A stretch of DNA of 64,000 nucleotides from contig NIVC01003789.1 in the NCBI GenBank assembly GCA_002269645.1, positions 62,001-126,000 of the forward strand, given 5' to 3'. The notes under the pieces were generated by a model. That model was not told the origin of the DNA and searched no databases. It saw nothing but the letters and a program-made list of their open reading frames with translations. The translations under genes and the position numbers were made by a program. Shown here one piece after another: positions 1 to 12,462 of the stretch (positions within the stretch are counted from its first letter, which is position 1; every line of letters begins with the position of its first letter). Source of the stretch: Macrostomum lignano. Lineage: Eukaryota.

Positions 1-2246
1 ATTTATCGCGATTGAGCAGCAGAAGCAGCTGCTGCGAGGAGGCCTGCGAGACGCTTAGCTCATCAAAGAACAGACACCTATGAATGCCCAGGCGCAGACC
101 GTCGAAGGCAAAACCCTCGTCAAGGTTCGGAGTGAATACGGTCTCACGACCAAAATGCAGGCCCACCATTGCTGATTTGCCCACTCCACTGGCACCCCAT
201 AGGTACAGGATTGAGGGCACAACTACAGTCTGCCGCATCGCTGTGCAGATTGCCTGCTGAATCGCGCAGCTTCCACCTAGCGCGATGCGGTGTGTTGCCA
301 CATTGCTGCACCCCGGCTGATCCGTATTTGAAGCGGCTGTGTCGCCGCGTGGAGGCACCTGCATGCATTGTACAGGCAGAGGGTGACATGCCCCGCACAT
401 ACTCGGCCAGACAATGGTGCTGGGGAGCAGTGACACGCCGTGCTCTTCGGCACGAATTCTGCGCATCTGTTGCACCGTTGTAAAGTAATCCATGGTCTGC
501 TTCAAAAGCAGTGGATTACCGCAGACGAGATGGGGGTCGTCTGGTCGCGGTGCCATACTCCCCAGCGGATATGACATAGCCCATCTGTACAGTTGGACAA
601 CGCGGGACAGACAAGCGTCGTCGATTTCGGTGATGGCGGCTGTGGGGTCGTGCATGGTCACCCGTCATATTTCGGCAGCTGCTGAGCGCACGCTCCTGAT
701 CTCGGCGCATGTCCATCCCTGCACCGCAAAGGTGTGCAGGCTGGAGCCAGACGCGAAGAAGGAATTGTGCATGGCATTGGATCGCAAAAATATCAACAGC
801 GATCGTGTCTTGTCCACAGGGCAAGATGGAGTCGGGGCGTACGCGTCAGTCATGTGCGCGGGAGTCAGCATAAATTCGTTATCTGCCAGGCCTTATTACA
901 TACAGTAGTAGTAGTTGTTGTTTGTTGTGGTGGCGTTGGGGGATGGGTTAAAGAGTTTCTTAAAATCGCATGTTCTACGTAGAAGATAATTGTTATGAGT
1001 TTTTCAGACACTTGTGAAACGACGCAAACACTCACTCACTCACCTATGGCAAACTGTGTCGCGAAGTCGCCGCTCCAGGTGCCGTTGATCATCAGCTTCA
1101 TCTGGGGCGCGTTCTTGACGTAGTACAGCTGAATCACCGACATTGCACGATGCGAACGCCGGCTCGCATTAGCCGAAAACATTATGTCGTTTGGTATGGT
1201 GTCGCTGGGATGCAGCGACACGGACGATGCCAGAAGGCGCGAGCTCGTTCCCTTCGGCGAGGTGCTAGCCGGCTGCTGCTGCCGTTCCTCCCCCTCTTCG
1301 TGGAACAGTGGGATCTCGCCGGCCGGGCAGGTCGTCTCTGCGAGGTTATATTTAGCTGTCGCCTCCATCTCCCTGGCCGCCAGCTCGTAGCCAGAGGCCA
1401 AAGCCCGCTCGCGCTGCGTAGCACTCGACTGCGGTACGGCTGCGGCGGTGGCTCCTGTGTCGTCGGGAAACAACAATGTGAAAATGATACTACTGTAATA
1501 TGAGAGAATGTAGCATGAGCAAAAGTGTGAGCGCGAAATGCACGTAACCTACCTCTCGGGTAGAACGTCGTCGGCGGGCGGCTCGACCGAGGTCTCGGTG
1601 AGGCTGTCGGCGTCATGAATCGGAAGGCAGCAGTAGGAGCAGCAGGGCGAGTGGTGAAGCGCCAGGGCGCGCCGATGCCGCACGGGCCGATCCTAGGCTG
1701 CCGTAGAAGGTGCGGCTTCGGTGACGCTTGAGCAGCAGCGGCAGCAGAGTCAGTAGTATGGAATGAGGGCGACGCCTTCGGAATAAACTGCAGAGTCGGC
1801 GGCTGGTCGCCGCAGCCGGCGACGTGGTCAGCAGGATGCTGCTGCTGTTCGTCGTCGCTACCGCTGCTGTAGACAATTAATCGCGGCAGCTTGTTAAGCA
1901 AGCCGCGCTGCTGGCTTGGTTCCGGCGTCTCATTGGCTATGATGCGCCGAGAGGGCGTTGCGCTGCTCGTCTGCGGCGTGCTGACATCTTCTAATAGCAT
2001 CCGCCGGCGACTGGGTTGCTGCTCCTCATGAAAAGTAGTAACAGCAGCGGCAGTTTCCAACTCCTTCTCATGACAAGTAGCAACAGCAGCGGCAGCTTCC
2101 AACTCCTCCTCATGACAAGTAGCAACAGCAGCGGCAGCTTCCATCTGCAGTTGCTCCGCCTGCCGCTCTTCAGCAGCAACTTGTTCTTCGAGCTCGAGCT
2201 GCTCTTCCACACTTAACATTATCTCGTCGTCGTCGTCGTCGAACAT
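1..2246 (-). pseudogene. Spliced SF3 helicase gene (CRESS-Rep-like helicase domain with acidic leader), copy A; one internal stop; runs off window start
   Basis: Hand-built exons 2246-1553, 1454-1044 and 891-<1 with GT-AG introns in consistent phase 1. The last exon encodes YLWGASGVGKS (Walker A, ~177-210) and CLFFDE (Walker B, ~60-80). One in-frame TGA at 665-667. Clearly homologous to 29617-31973. Confidence 0.85.
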
Positions 2247-3353
2247 GCTCACGATGCTGCTGCTGGAACTGTGTGAGACGATGCGCTATTCTTCTGCGAT
2301 CTAACCATAAAGACTGCTGCTCTGCTTCTACTAGAAGGGGGAAGCTTAAGTTTATATACATTAACCTATAAACTTAATGTATATTAATACATTATTTATA
2401 CATTAATACATTGTATATTAATGTATAACTAAAGACTAGTTATAGTCCCTAATATGAAATGCGCTATCCCATTAACCATGAGCTGACGGATGGCCCAAAT
2501 TCGGGTCATGGCTCAACACCCAAAGCCAACGGGGAATTTTTTTATATCTATGGCCAAAAAACCAGCAAAATTAGCACACCCGTTCTGGACTGATGTGGCC
2601 CGAAATCGGGTCAAGTAGTGGCCAATAAGATAGTGAAAACGCACTTAGAAAAGATAGACTGTAACAAAACAAAGTAATTTCAATTACTCATATATTTTTC
2701 TTCTGTTTAAAAGTTAACGACTTAAATTATATTAGAACATAGTGAAGTGGGGTCATTTTTTTAACTGGAGTGGTCAAAAATGGAGGGAAGCTGTCACAAT
2801 TGTCACGCTGTCACGTCATTTTCTGTAGAGTTGATTTTAGAAAACTTTTAGAAAACTGGAAAGAAACAGGTAATACAAAACAACAAGCATCTAAATTTAT
2901 TATAACTCCAAATTAATACGGAATAATGTAATTTCTATCCACGATAATGCAACAAATATATTATTTTATTTCAAGGGGCCTTGGTGCTAGGACTGAGGTC
3001 TAGGAGCTGAGAGACCGGGTCCCTGGATTGATTGCGAATCCTCGCCATCTCTAACACCCCCTGCCTCCCCCGTCTCTGCGCCTGCGGTTATCACTGTGCG
3101 AATCCGCCCCTTCCTATTGTAATTCCCTCACCTCTACCCCTGTGCTCATGACCCTACCCTCTTCTACTGTTTTCTGATTCCTACGTCTCATATTAGTAGT
3201 TTCTGTAACCAGGACAATTTCTGGACTATCTGTAACCAGGGGCTGTGGTGGCACCAATTCAAAATGAAGTCAAAATAGAAAGGCAAATTTGCGGAAAGGG
3301 TGGATACTACAATATTTTCTATACTGTCTAATACACATCGCCAGGCGTCAGAC

Positions 3354-5060
3354 CTAATTGGTTTGAAATTGCATGAAGCAAGCACCAAGGCAGAGTGCTG
3401 GCGTTCCCGGGCAAGCTTCGCATACAAACACTGTCTTCTTCACTTGGCCAGCCGCATAGCATACTCGGCATCGTTTGCGTGGCCGAGCCTGGTCCCTGTG
3501 TCTGGGAGCTTTGCTTGGAGAATGAGCAGCAGCTCCATTGCCTACAGCACCGGCAGCTGCTCCATCTGGCATTCGACCGCGTCGCCTGGCAACACCAGTG
3601 TCCTCCAACAGATATTTGACTGCGAGCCTTATAAACTGCAAGAAGGTCTTTGTGCCGCCCGATTGCTTGAAGATGACCCAGGCATTTCTCACAAGCATCA
3701 GGAAAAGGTGGAACCCAAGCTTGTGGAACCAGCGCATGCTCTTACGATTGGCTAGGTAAGGGTGCATTGAAGCGTCCAGATGGTCAACACCACCCATGCT
3801 GGCACAGTATGCTAACACACTTACAGGCTTCGGCACCACCTGCACGGCACCTCCACGACGGGTACGATGGACCTGGATGCAATAAGCTTTTCCTGCTGTA
3901 TCTAGCAGATACACAGTTTTTATGCCGCTCTGCTTCCTGTCGACAAATTTGCAAGCCAGTAGGTTCCCTGAGCGAGCGAATGCAGATGAACTCGGATGTA
4001 GGTTGGCAGCTTGCAGTTCAGCTGGGATACCGCGGTTTTTCCGTACTGTTCCGGTTAGCAGCGTATCATGCTGCAACAGCCAAGTAGCCAGCCGCTGAGA
4101 CTTAAACCAACTGTCGGTCAAGACGTGGTGTCCAAGATTAAGCAAACTGCGGCACAGTTCTGCAACAACCTTCTCACTCATCGTCAAGTCCTGACACCCG
4201 AGGCCTTCACCGAACTGATTATTGACCTCAGGGAATGTGTGGACGACGAAGTTCCATAAGTACGCACTCTCACTCTCACAGATACAATACATTTTAATTC
4301 CGTATTTACTTTTCTTTGTTGGAATGTACTGTTTAAAAGCAACTCTGCCCTTGTACAAAACGAGTGTCTCATCAACCGACAGTCACTGCCGTGGCATGTA
4401 ATTGTTGCTGCACAGATGCTTTACGCTGTGCAGAAAGGGCTCCATCTTTGCCAGAGGGCCATCTCCTAAAGCCTCAGCGCAGTTGTAAAAACGCAGGCAG
4501 GACAGCAGCTGCTTGAAGCGGTCTCTTGAGAGCGAGAATGGCTTGGCCAGAAGGGAGCAATGAAACGCTGGATCGGTTGACCAGTAGTTGGCGATTTCCG
4601 GCTTCTTGTCGACACCCATCAAAAGCACGATTCCAACTAACGAACTTCATCCGTCGTTGAGTCCCGCCATTTCAACACTTGCTTCGGCAGTGCAGCCTCT
4701 GTTTCGGCTTCTTGAAAGATTCTCCAAGCCTTAGCATTAGTCCAATTGCTGAGGTCTTCGAACAACTGGTCTGAAAAAAAAGCTTTAGGAAAGCATCTTC
4801 GTTTCCATCAGCAGTTGGTGGAGGCTGCCAGTCTGGTCGGATGCCAGGTGTTCCGAGAAAATCGGGTAGGGCTGATGGCCTGTTGTCCTCATTCGGTTGA
4901 ACCATGTGCCACCCACCGGCTTGCTCGTTGTTCTCAGCGATGTCCATCTCATCGTCCTCAGACCATTCGAAAGTTTCATCAGCGGTGGAATACTGACTCG
5001 ACGAAGTATCAGAGTCGAAACTGGCGTCTGAATCTATGTATGTATATTTGCTTGAAACAG
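3354..5060 (-). mobile_element. piggyBac (PGBD-type) transposase, degenerate
   Basis: ORF 3354-4358 has YKGR..FKQYIPTKKSKYGIK, DSWF, GTVRKNRG, MGGVD and a C-terminal Cys-rich CRVC..CEAC..LC domain. Upstream fragments (4383-4628 YWST..SRDRF; 4672-4947) are broken by stops and frameshifts. TIRs and TTAA not resolved. Confidence 0.9.
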
Positions 5061-5811
5061 AAAATCTCTGTGCAAACTCTACGCGCAGGCAGTCAATAAG
5101 TATAAGTGAAGTCTATGTAGAAACTCTGTGGTACTTTAGAAACTTTTCCCGGCGGGAATGGGTGTGAGCATTACAAGAAAAAATTCTAAGAAAAAATAAG
5201 AATAGAAAAAATTTGTCAATAAACTTGCCCCGCTGTTGTAAATTCGGGCATACACAGTGTATATTTGGGCAGTCGTAGACTGTACATTGTATCCGGAAAA
5301 AGGAGGCAAAGCGGGCAGCCGTGTAATCGCGGGATGCGGTGAGTATATGCGGGCACGCTATAAAGAGACTGTATAGAAACACTATAGACTATAAGATTAT
5401 TGCATTGCATAATGTGGCTGCTATAATAAAAAAAGCGAGCGAGACATATGACACAGTAGCTAATATAACAATGTAAACGTTGTATATATAAATATAGACA
5501 TTCAATTAGAGCAGATAACAGAAGCACACAATGGGATGGGAGATAGCACAATCGCGGCACAGTGCCCAGCACAATTCCCGTTAAATATACGCGTAGCTAA
5601 GCGCAGCACAACTGTATTGTCTGACAGACAGCACTACTCACCGGCTATTAATTTAGGGGAATTGTGTTAGGCACCTTGCCGTGATTGTGCTAGCACTACA
5701 GCTACTATTGCTACTAGAGTGTTAAAAGAACAAAAGTAGGTGCACACTACAACTACTACAGTGTACTATAACTAGAATTAGTAGGCGGCTGAGGTGAGGC
5801 GAGGCAGATAA

Positions 5812-5851
5812 GAAATTGTGCTTGGCACCGGAGGTGCCAAGCAGCAATTTC
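5812..5851. repeat. Palindrome GAAATTGTGCTTGGCACC-GGA-GGTGCCAAGCAGCAATTTC downstream of the tyrosine recombinase, copy A
   Basis: Near-perfect 18/19-bp inverted repeat with one bulge; homologous to 24828-24865. Confidence 0.9.
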
Positions 5852-6210
5852 AAATCTGCCTGTGGTAATTAAGTACACACTAGCTATAGAGCGTAAAAAC
5901 AGCAAGAATCGGGGACTGGCAGCTATTTATGGCCAATAGATTGTAGCTATACAATCAGTCAATAGCTGATAGCCTGTGTGGATAATAGGCGTAGGGGTAT
6001 ATGATGCTGAACGCGGATGTTACAACAAAATAAATAGCCAACTATCTAGACAAAGAGGGAGCAAACACAACCTGCACCACGCGTAGTGCAACCACCACAG
6101 TGTCACATCGAGCGTGCAATGAAACATAGGGAGAGAAACAGCAACGACACATACATAAAAGGAGACGGCTTCCAAAGGTCAGACACATGCCTGTCGCAAA
6201 AAGTCGCTTA

Positions 6211-7768
6211 TTAGACAGAGGCCGACACGCGGCACAATTTAGGTTTCTTACTGCCGTTGCGTCTGGCTTTGCAGCCGGACGTCGCCGCCGCCGCATCGGA
6301 CCAGTCGAACTCCGCCGCAGCCGCCGCCGCTGCACTGGACAGCAACAAGGAGCGCGTGGCGTCCACAGCAGCCCGCCGTTTCGACGCGAGTTGCGGCACT
6401 GCAACCACCTCCGAATGCCGCTGCTGTTGCTGCCGCTTCTGCGACATTGGCTGCTGCCGCTGCTGAGTCGGCAGCTCCTGCGAGACCCGAGCGGCGATCA
6501 GCTCCCGCTGCTGCTGCTGCTGCTGCTTCTGGGACGTTGATGCTGCCCGCTGCTCAATCATTCCGCTGACGGTGACCTGCATTTCTGTACGACTGGCGAG
6601 CACAGCGTTCGGTGCGTAGTGTCGCATAATCATGGTTGTCGAAGTCTCATACAGCGCCGCCATCTGCTGTATTAGATCAGGGTTGTTCGCCATGACGACG
6701 TCCTGCGTCGAGCTGCGGAACACAGTTGGCCCGACGCCTTCCCGATGTAGGATGCCAGCTGCTCCGGATTCCACAGCGTGGCTGAATGTCGACGGAGACA
6801 TACGCGTGCCATTGCGGGTGCAAAATACAAAGACCTCGTCATCATAGGCGCAGTTGCCGAAGCTCGCGCCTCGACGCCACTTGCGGAGCATCTCGACAAA
6901 AGAAGTTGGCAGACAGAGCACGCTGCAACCGACAGACTGGCGTTTCTTGTGGCAAAGCCTATCATTGTCCCGCCTATAGATGCTGTTTGGCTCCAAATAG
7001 GCCAGGCGAAGGCCGCACCATGGCTGGATGCGCAGAGGATGTTGTACCGTGGCATGCAGCGCAAACCGATTGCGCAGCTGGACCTCCTCAGCGTTAAGGC
7101 GGACACCGCCGCTGCCGCTCAGCGCCGCGACAGTTTCGTCATCGTCTTCGTCATCTTCGTCAACCTCGATATCGCCAGACTCGTCGCCGTCACCGCCGCC
7201 GCCGCCGCCGCCGCCGCCGCTGCTGCCGCCGCCGCCGCTACATCGGCACAACCGATGGGTTAGCAGCAGCGGACTCCAGCCGTTGACGCTTCGGCTGCAG
7301 CGCTGTCGGGGCACTGGTGAAGGCCTCCTCGTCGGCGAAGAGTTCCAGCTTGATAGTAGCCGCGACCGAGCTTCCTTCGTTGAACGAGTCATCTTCATCA
7401 CTGCTGGAAGGCACCACGACGTTTGACACCTTCGTGATGACGCATTCATCGTCCGCGGCTGCGTTCGATTCGGCCTGGGTCGCTGGCGCGAGCACGACAG
7501 GTAGCACTTCCGGCGCCGCCGTAGCAGCCGCCTCAGCAGCGCTGCAGGCAGCCAGAAGTTCCGCGTCGAAGAAGACGTCTTCTTCGTCATCGTTAGCCGT
7601 TGGCTGGTTTGATTCGGTGGCGGCAAGATCGGCTGCAGTCGCCATCAGGTCGGCATCTTCAGCTGCATAGGCAGCTTCGAAGGCCGCATCGATTTCCGCA
7701 TCGGTCAAGGGGTACCACACGACCGAGTTGTTGCTGTTGTTGCTGTTTTTGTTGTTGCTATAGCTCAT
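6211..7768 (-). pseudogene. Tyrosine recombinase (catalytic domain present, core-binding domain apparently deleted) with acidic leader, copy A
   Basis: ORF 6211-7626 contains HPLR (Arg I), HKK (Lys), FVFCTRNG, PTVFR (Arg II) and TSTTMIMRHY (Tyr nucleophile). The acidic leader ORF 7238-7768 joins through a frameshift near the GCC repeat. Compared with copy B it lacks the zinc fingers and core-binding region. Confidence 0.8.
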
Positions 7769-8348
7769 AGTTGCGTTAAAAGCAAATTAATTCTTTTAAA
7801 TTCGAGTGCTGCAGTTTGCTGGAAAGGAGGCAGGATAATTACACTAAGAATTATTAAGCAGCACTAAGCTTTACTTTTAAAATATACAAGTTGTAGAAAC
7901 AGTAACTAGATACTTATATGCATACGAGTTTTTTTACTTATTGAAGTTGGCCAATAGATTATTGCAGCGGGCGGGATGCTGTGCGTTTCACCCCGTTTCA
8001 ACACGCCTAGGCTAACTATAATATTTGATATATTGCGATACGGCAGATAGTTTGGGCCCTAGACAAACCTACTGGAGCAATTGGAGATTTTAAAGCTATT
8101 AGTCCTATTTGTCTATCGCCGGTCGGCGAATCCTACCAAGCTTTCTTCAATAGTCGCAGATACGGTACAAGAAAATGAATAACACGGTTGAATGCAATTC
8201 CAGATAGATTTAGATTGAGTGGTGTTCCTAATCTGACAGAATGACTGACAGAGACTTGAATTGAATCCTTTAATTTAATTAACTCCAAATATACACGGAT
8301 TGAAATAACGCAATTCGCAATTTAACACTTGACAAATGATGTATATAA

Positions 8349-8479
8349 TCTTTGTCTGTTCTTTTGGTTCCTTTGGCAGAGAAAGGCCGAGGACGCTGTT
8401 CTCAGGCCGAGGCGAAGCCGAGGCCTTAGAATTGCGTCCGAGGTCTTTCTGCCATAGACACCAAAAGAACAGACGAAGA
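8349..8479. repeat. Imperfect ~45-bp inverted repeat containing a CCATAGAC end motif
   Basis: The left arm tctttgtctgttcttttggttcctttggcagagaaagg pairs with the right arm ctttctgccatagacaccaaaagaacagacgaaga. Confidence 0.7.
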
Positions 8480-8566
8480 TCGTACTTAATCTACAAATAT
8501 TGGAAGCGACTGGGAGTGGGAGAGAGGTATTCGTCAAAAGCGGGGGTGTGGGCCCCCCACATTTAA

Positions 8567-9315
8567 CCATAGACAAAAATTAAAGTAAAAGGTTCGATGC
8601 TTAAATTAAAAGCGAGAAAGGAAAGGTTTGGGCAGCTAGAGGAAATCAGAGAGAACTGAGAATCATGGAACGCGACTTGGAACTCGCTTTCGACTGGTGA
8701 ATGACATTGAACTGAGAGAAAACGAGGCTTCTAGATTTGCTTTACTGTCCGATAACGAGGTTGCTGAAAGGATTGACGCTGCTGTGCCGGAATCGACACG
8801 CCGGAAGGAACGATGGGCACTAAAGCAATTTGACGACTGGTTTCAGGAGAGGCAAACCAAACTGCTTCATGGAGACGCCTGCGGTCTATCTGTGTCTACC
8901 TATCGGCCGGCATACTCTCGACTCCAATTGTGGCGAATATCACCAAACCCGTGTCTACGGATGGTAAATTCTCAAACCAGTCTCTAAGGAAGACTTGTGC
9001 CAGCAGGTTGCATCGGGCTGGACTGGCTAGAGACGATGGAGTCCAATGGGCGGACCAGTCGTGTCTGAGGGTACTACCAAGAAGATGCGCATGACTGTCC
9101 ACGGTGACACCAACAGCGTAGAAATCATGTTCGAGTAAATCGGCAAGAATGAATCGGTCTTTACTGCTGTTGATAGTTTATACTTCTAATGGACTAACTG
9201 ACAAATTATAGTCGTTCTAAAATATTCTCAGGCCTTGTTCTTAGGCCTGTTAACCGGTTAACAGGCCTCGTTTTGAGTTCTCAGGCTTAGTTTTTTAGTG
9301 AGGTTGGCCATAGAC
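8567..9315 (+). mobile_element. Internally deleted Crypton-like element
   Basis: ORF 8697-8987 has AVPESTRRKERWALKQFDDW, which resembles the N-terminal helix of Crypton/DUF3504-type tyrosine recombinases. A C-terminal stub KKMRMTVHGDTNSVEIMFE* lies at ~9075-9138. CCATAGAC occurs at 8567 and 9308. Confidence 0.65.
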
Positions 9316-10221
9316 TATCGTTCTACTAGAAAAGAAGGAGCCTAGGAATTTAGTGTGAACCGTCATATCTGTAGGTTAAAATAAAATAATTATCACAAAT
9401 TGGTGAGCGGATCTCAGCACTGGAAGAAGTGAAAAGATGAAACCAGGAGCACAAGACTAACGGAGAAGCTCCCTAACACCACTGGCCTAAATCCCAAGGT
9501 CCTACTCTCAGACGAGGACACTGACGGCCGGACAGTTCAGCGAATCCCTGGCCAAATTCTACCAGGTATGCCTTTCAGTGAAACACTGGGGCCCTCAGAA
9601 TCGAGGTCGCGTACTACGTCAAACCGACAGTTCCTATCTTGACCACGCTTGCCGGCGACAAACTCTGAACAAGGTTGTCGCGATTGTTACGCCGGCAATG
9701 CTATTGCGGTCGGGCAGCGGAAACAAAAAAGGAGGCCGGGGCTTGACTCAATAAAAGCTCCTCAAAGCGCGGCAGATGGCAAAACGGCCGGGAGATAAGA
9801 ACGAAGCCAGGCCAAAACCAGAAGTAAGATCCGACCGCCAAAACATACTTTCATAGTCTCTCCAACCCCCCCCCCCTCAAGCCGGGTGGTGGGTGTCTGG
9901 CTGGCCGCTCGATAATCCAAATTGCACTGATCCTGCGGCGCGCTCTCAAGCCGGGTAGAGCTGGTTTGCCGCATGCCAGGGGTCCAGGCCGGTCCTGATT
10001 GCCTGGCAACGCAAAGCCGGAGTACATTGGCAAGTTTGCCAAGCCAGAGCCACACTGGCTTGGAAATGCGTCTAGCTTTTCCGACCTGTTTACTATAATA
10101 AACTTGTAAAAGCACTTTGAAAAACCTGACTAAAAATAGAATGGAAACACAATTAATAATTAATGACAATTGAAGGCAATTTACATAAGATGCTCACATT
10201 ACAGTCACCATCTGCGACACA

Positions 10222-10960
10222 ATGGCTCCGCTGACTCTCCAGTCAGACCACCGACTTCTGCTCGGCGACTTGCGGCTCCGCGACCAGCTCTACCGACCGC
10301 CAAAGCAGCGACCACGGCGCTACTATCACGCTCTGTTGGACACCCGCGTCAAGCGTCAATTCGCGGGCGCCTTCGTAGGCGCGCTTGGAGACCAGCGCGA
10401 GGCGGAATATTCCGACATCAGCACCGTCGTTGGAGCCGCTGTGGAGCAAACGGTTCCGCTGATGCGGCCAGCGAAAAAATTGCTGCCTGTCTGGCAGAGC
10501 GACCCGACCATCAAGCAAGCGCAGGCTCAACATCGAGCGACTCCGCAGAAACCGGTGGCCCACAGGCGACGCTGAAGACGCGTCTGAGCGCCTTCTAGAC
10601 GAGTGGCAGCAGGCCGCTGTCAACGACGCCGTTAGGTCCATCACTGCAGCCGGCCGCTGTCAACGACGCCGTTAGGTCCATCACTGCAGCCGGCCCAGAC
10701 GTGATGAGCCGCGTAGTGGGGACGGCCGTCCGGACTCTGACGGGGCGCAAAAGGCGCGTGGCGCTGAATCTGACCGGTGACACCGGTGCACGCCTACGAA
10801 TCTGCGGATGTCGCGGTCGGCCATCGTCGCACTAACACCGCGAATAGCGTCAGTTAACGGCCGGCCAGTTAGCATTGAGAAGCGCCGTTAGACGGTATCG
10901 AATGGCATGCCGTCTTCGTCGCCTGCGTCTACAATTGTGGCTAGCGCCCAGACGACGGAC
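10222..10960 (+). mobile_element. Non-LTR retrotransposon ORF2 fragment (end of APE endonuclease plus linker), degenerate
   Basis: The SDHRLL motif closes APE domains and is followed by a basic helical linker. There is a 43-bp tandem duplication at ~10612-10695. Confidence 0.5.
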
Positions 10961-12226
10961 TCGACACACGCCATCTGCAAGCGTATTAGAGGATGCGCGT
11001 TTTGTGAAATCAGTAACATTACAATGTCTATACAAGCAGTATGTTAATAAATGAAAGCTAATTACGCGTACGCCGTGAATAATTTCATCGAATGTCTGTT
11101 GGAGCAACTGGACGGCGACAGGGTCTTCTGGGTTAACAGATGCGGCGGCCGCAGGAGCGCGATCCTGGCTGGAAGTTGTGTGCGCTGCTGCTGCGGCTGT
11201 GATTGTCTCGTCGTCAACGATGTCACCGTCGACGTACAGCAGCCCTGTGCTGTAGACGGCCATAAATTCTCATGTTTGAACAGCCAACGCTCTGGGCCGC
11301 TTCAAACAGTGATCGGCTCGGTATTGGTCAGCAGGTTTTGTTAAGCTCTGTCAGGCTCTTTCGGCTGTTTTGCTGTGCAAATGCCTGATGTGGTCGAGTT
11401 ACACGGACCATCATTAGAAGATTCTAGTGCAGCTGCATGGCTAAGCTGTTTAAATTTTCATTGGTCAACTGCGTTTTGCAGTAGATTGCAGACGCTGAAA
11501 TTGCAGGATACATTTATCGTCGGATTGAACTCACTGTATTGTAAGTAATGTGATGCACATACAACTGATAATAGTACGACTAAAGTAATAAAAAGACTAT
11601 TTAAGTAAAACTGTAGCTAAAATATGCAGAATGTATGACTACATAGGTTATAAGGGCAGATGGCACCGTTGGCGACGGTTAAGTAGTTTAAAAATGCAAG
11701 CAATTTAAAGATTGATGTGTACTGTTGTAACATACAGTAATATTATTGTGCATTGTGTCTATGAAATTGCACTCAATGCGTATTATTCCTATGGCGAATA
11801 CCTGCTGCTCCTTTTATGTTGCGTGTTTTGCTATTATGCTTTGTAAGCAGGAGTGGGTGCATAGGAGCTGAAGAGATACAAGACAGAACATGGCCCCTGT
11901 AGCATAAAGTGTATCTGTTGTGGATCCAATTTAAAAAAAATTGATATACGCGCCATGACCCTTTAATATACGCGCTAGTGTACCTACTACTGAGACTACC
12001 AATATTAAAACGATAAGAAATAAATGAAAGCTAAACGCAGCAGAAAAGGTAAATTTGTAACTTTACTTGCGCCAACTGCACAGGATTTTCACGATAATAT
12101 GAAGGAGGGGAACAGCATTTACTTAAAAAAGATACCCTCCTCCTTTTTCAACCGGGCTTGGGACGGCTTTGGCTTTTACCCATCCACCTCGTATTCTGTA
12201 TCAACTGTTCTAGACTTGATCGAAGC

Positions 12227-12462
12227 TTTATTACCCCTCGCATTAAAGATTGGCCCGCGTAGTCAAATAAAAGTGACTACTCTCATCATGGCGGGACTTT
12301 ATTATTACCCCTCGGATTAAAGATTGGCCGCGTAGTCAAATAAAAGTGACTACTCTCATCATGGCGGGACTTTATTATTACCCCTCGGACTAAAGTTTGA
12401 CCCGCGTAGTCAAATAAAAGTGAATATTCTATCAAAGCGAGGCTTTATTACCCTGCGGATTA
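12227..12462. repeat. Tandem repeat, ~74-bp unit, ~3 copies
   Basis: Repeated ttattacccctcggattaaagattggcc(c)gcgtagtcaaataaaagtgactactctcatcatggcgggacttta. Confidence 0.9.

Noticed and set aside
2460-2640. piggyBac terminal repeat candidates (TTAACC.., CACACCC, GGCCCRAAWTCGGGTCA repeats)
   Set aside because: No matching opposite end with a TTAA duplication could be found, so the boundaries are left open.
2975-3185. Possible short retroelement 3' end next to the piggyBac
   Set aside because: Only compositional resemblance; no tail or TSD identified.
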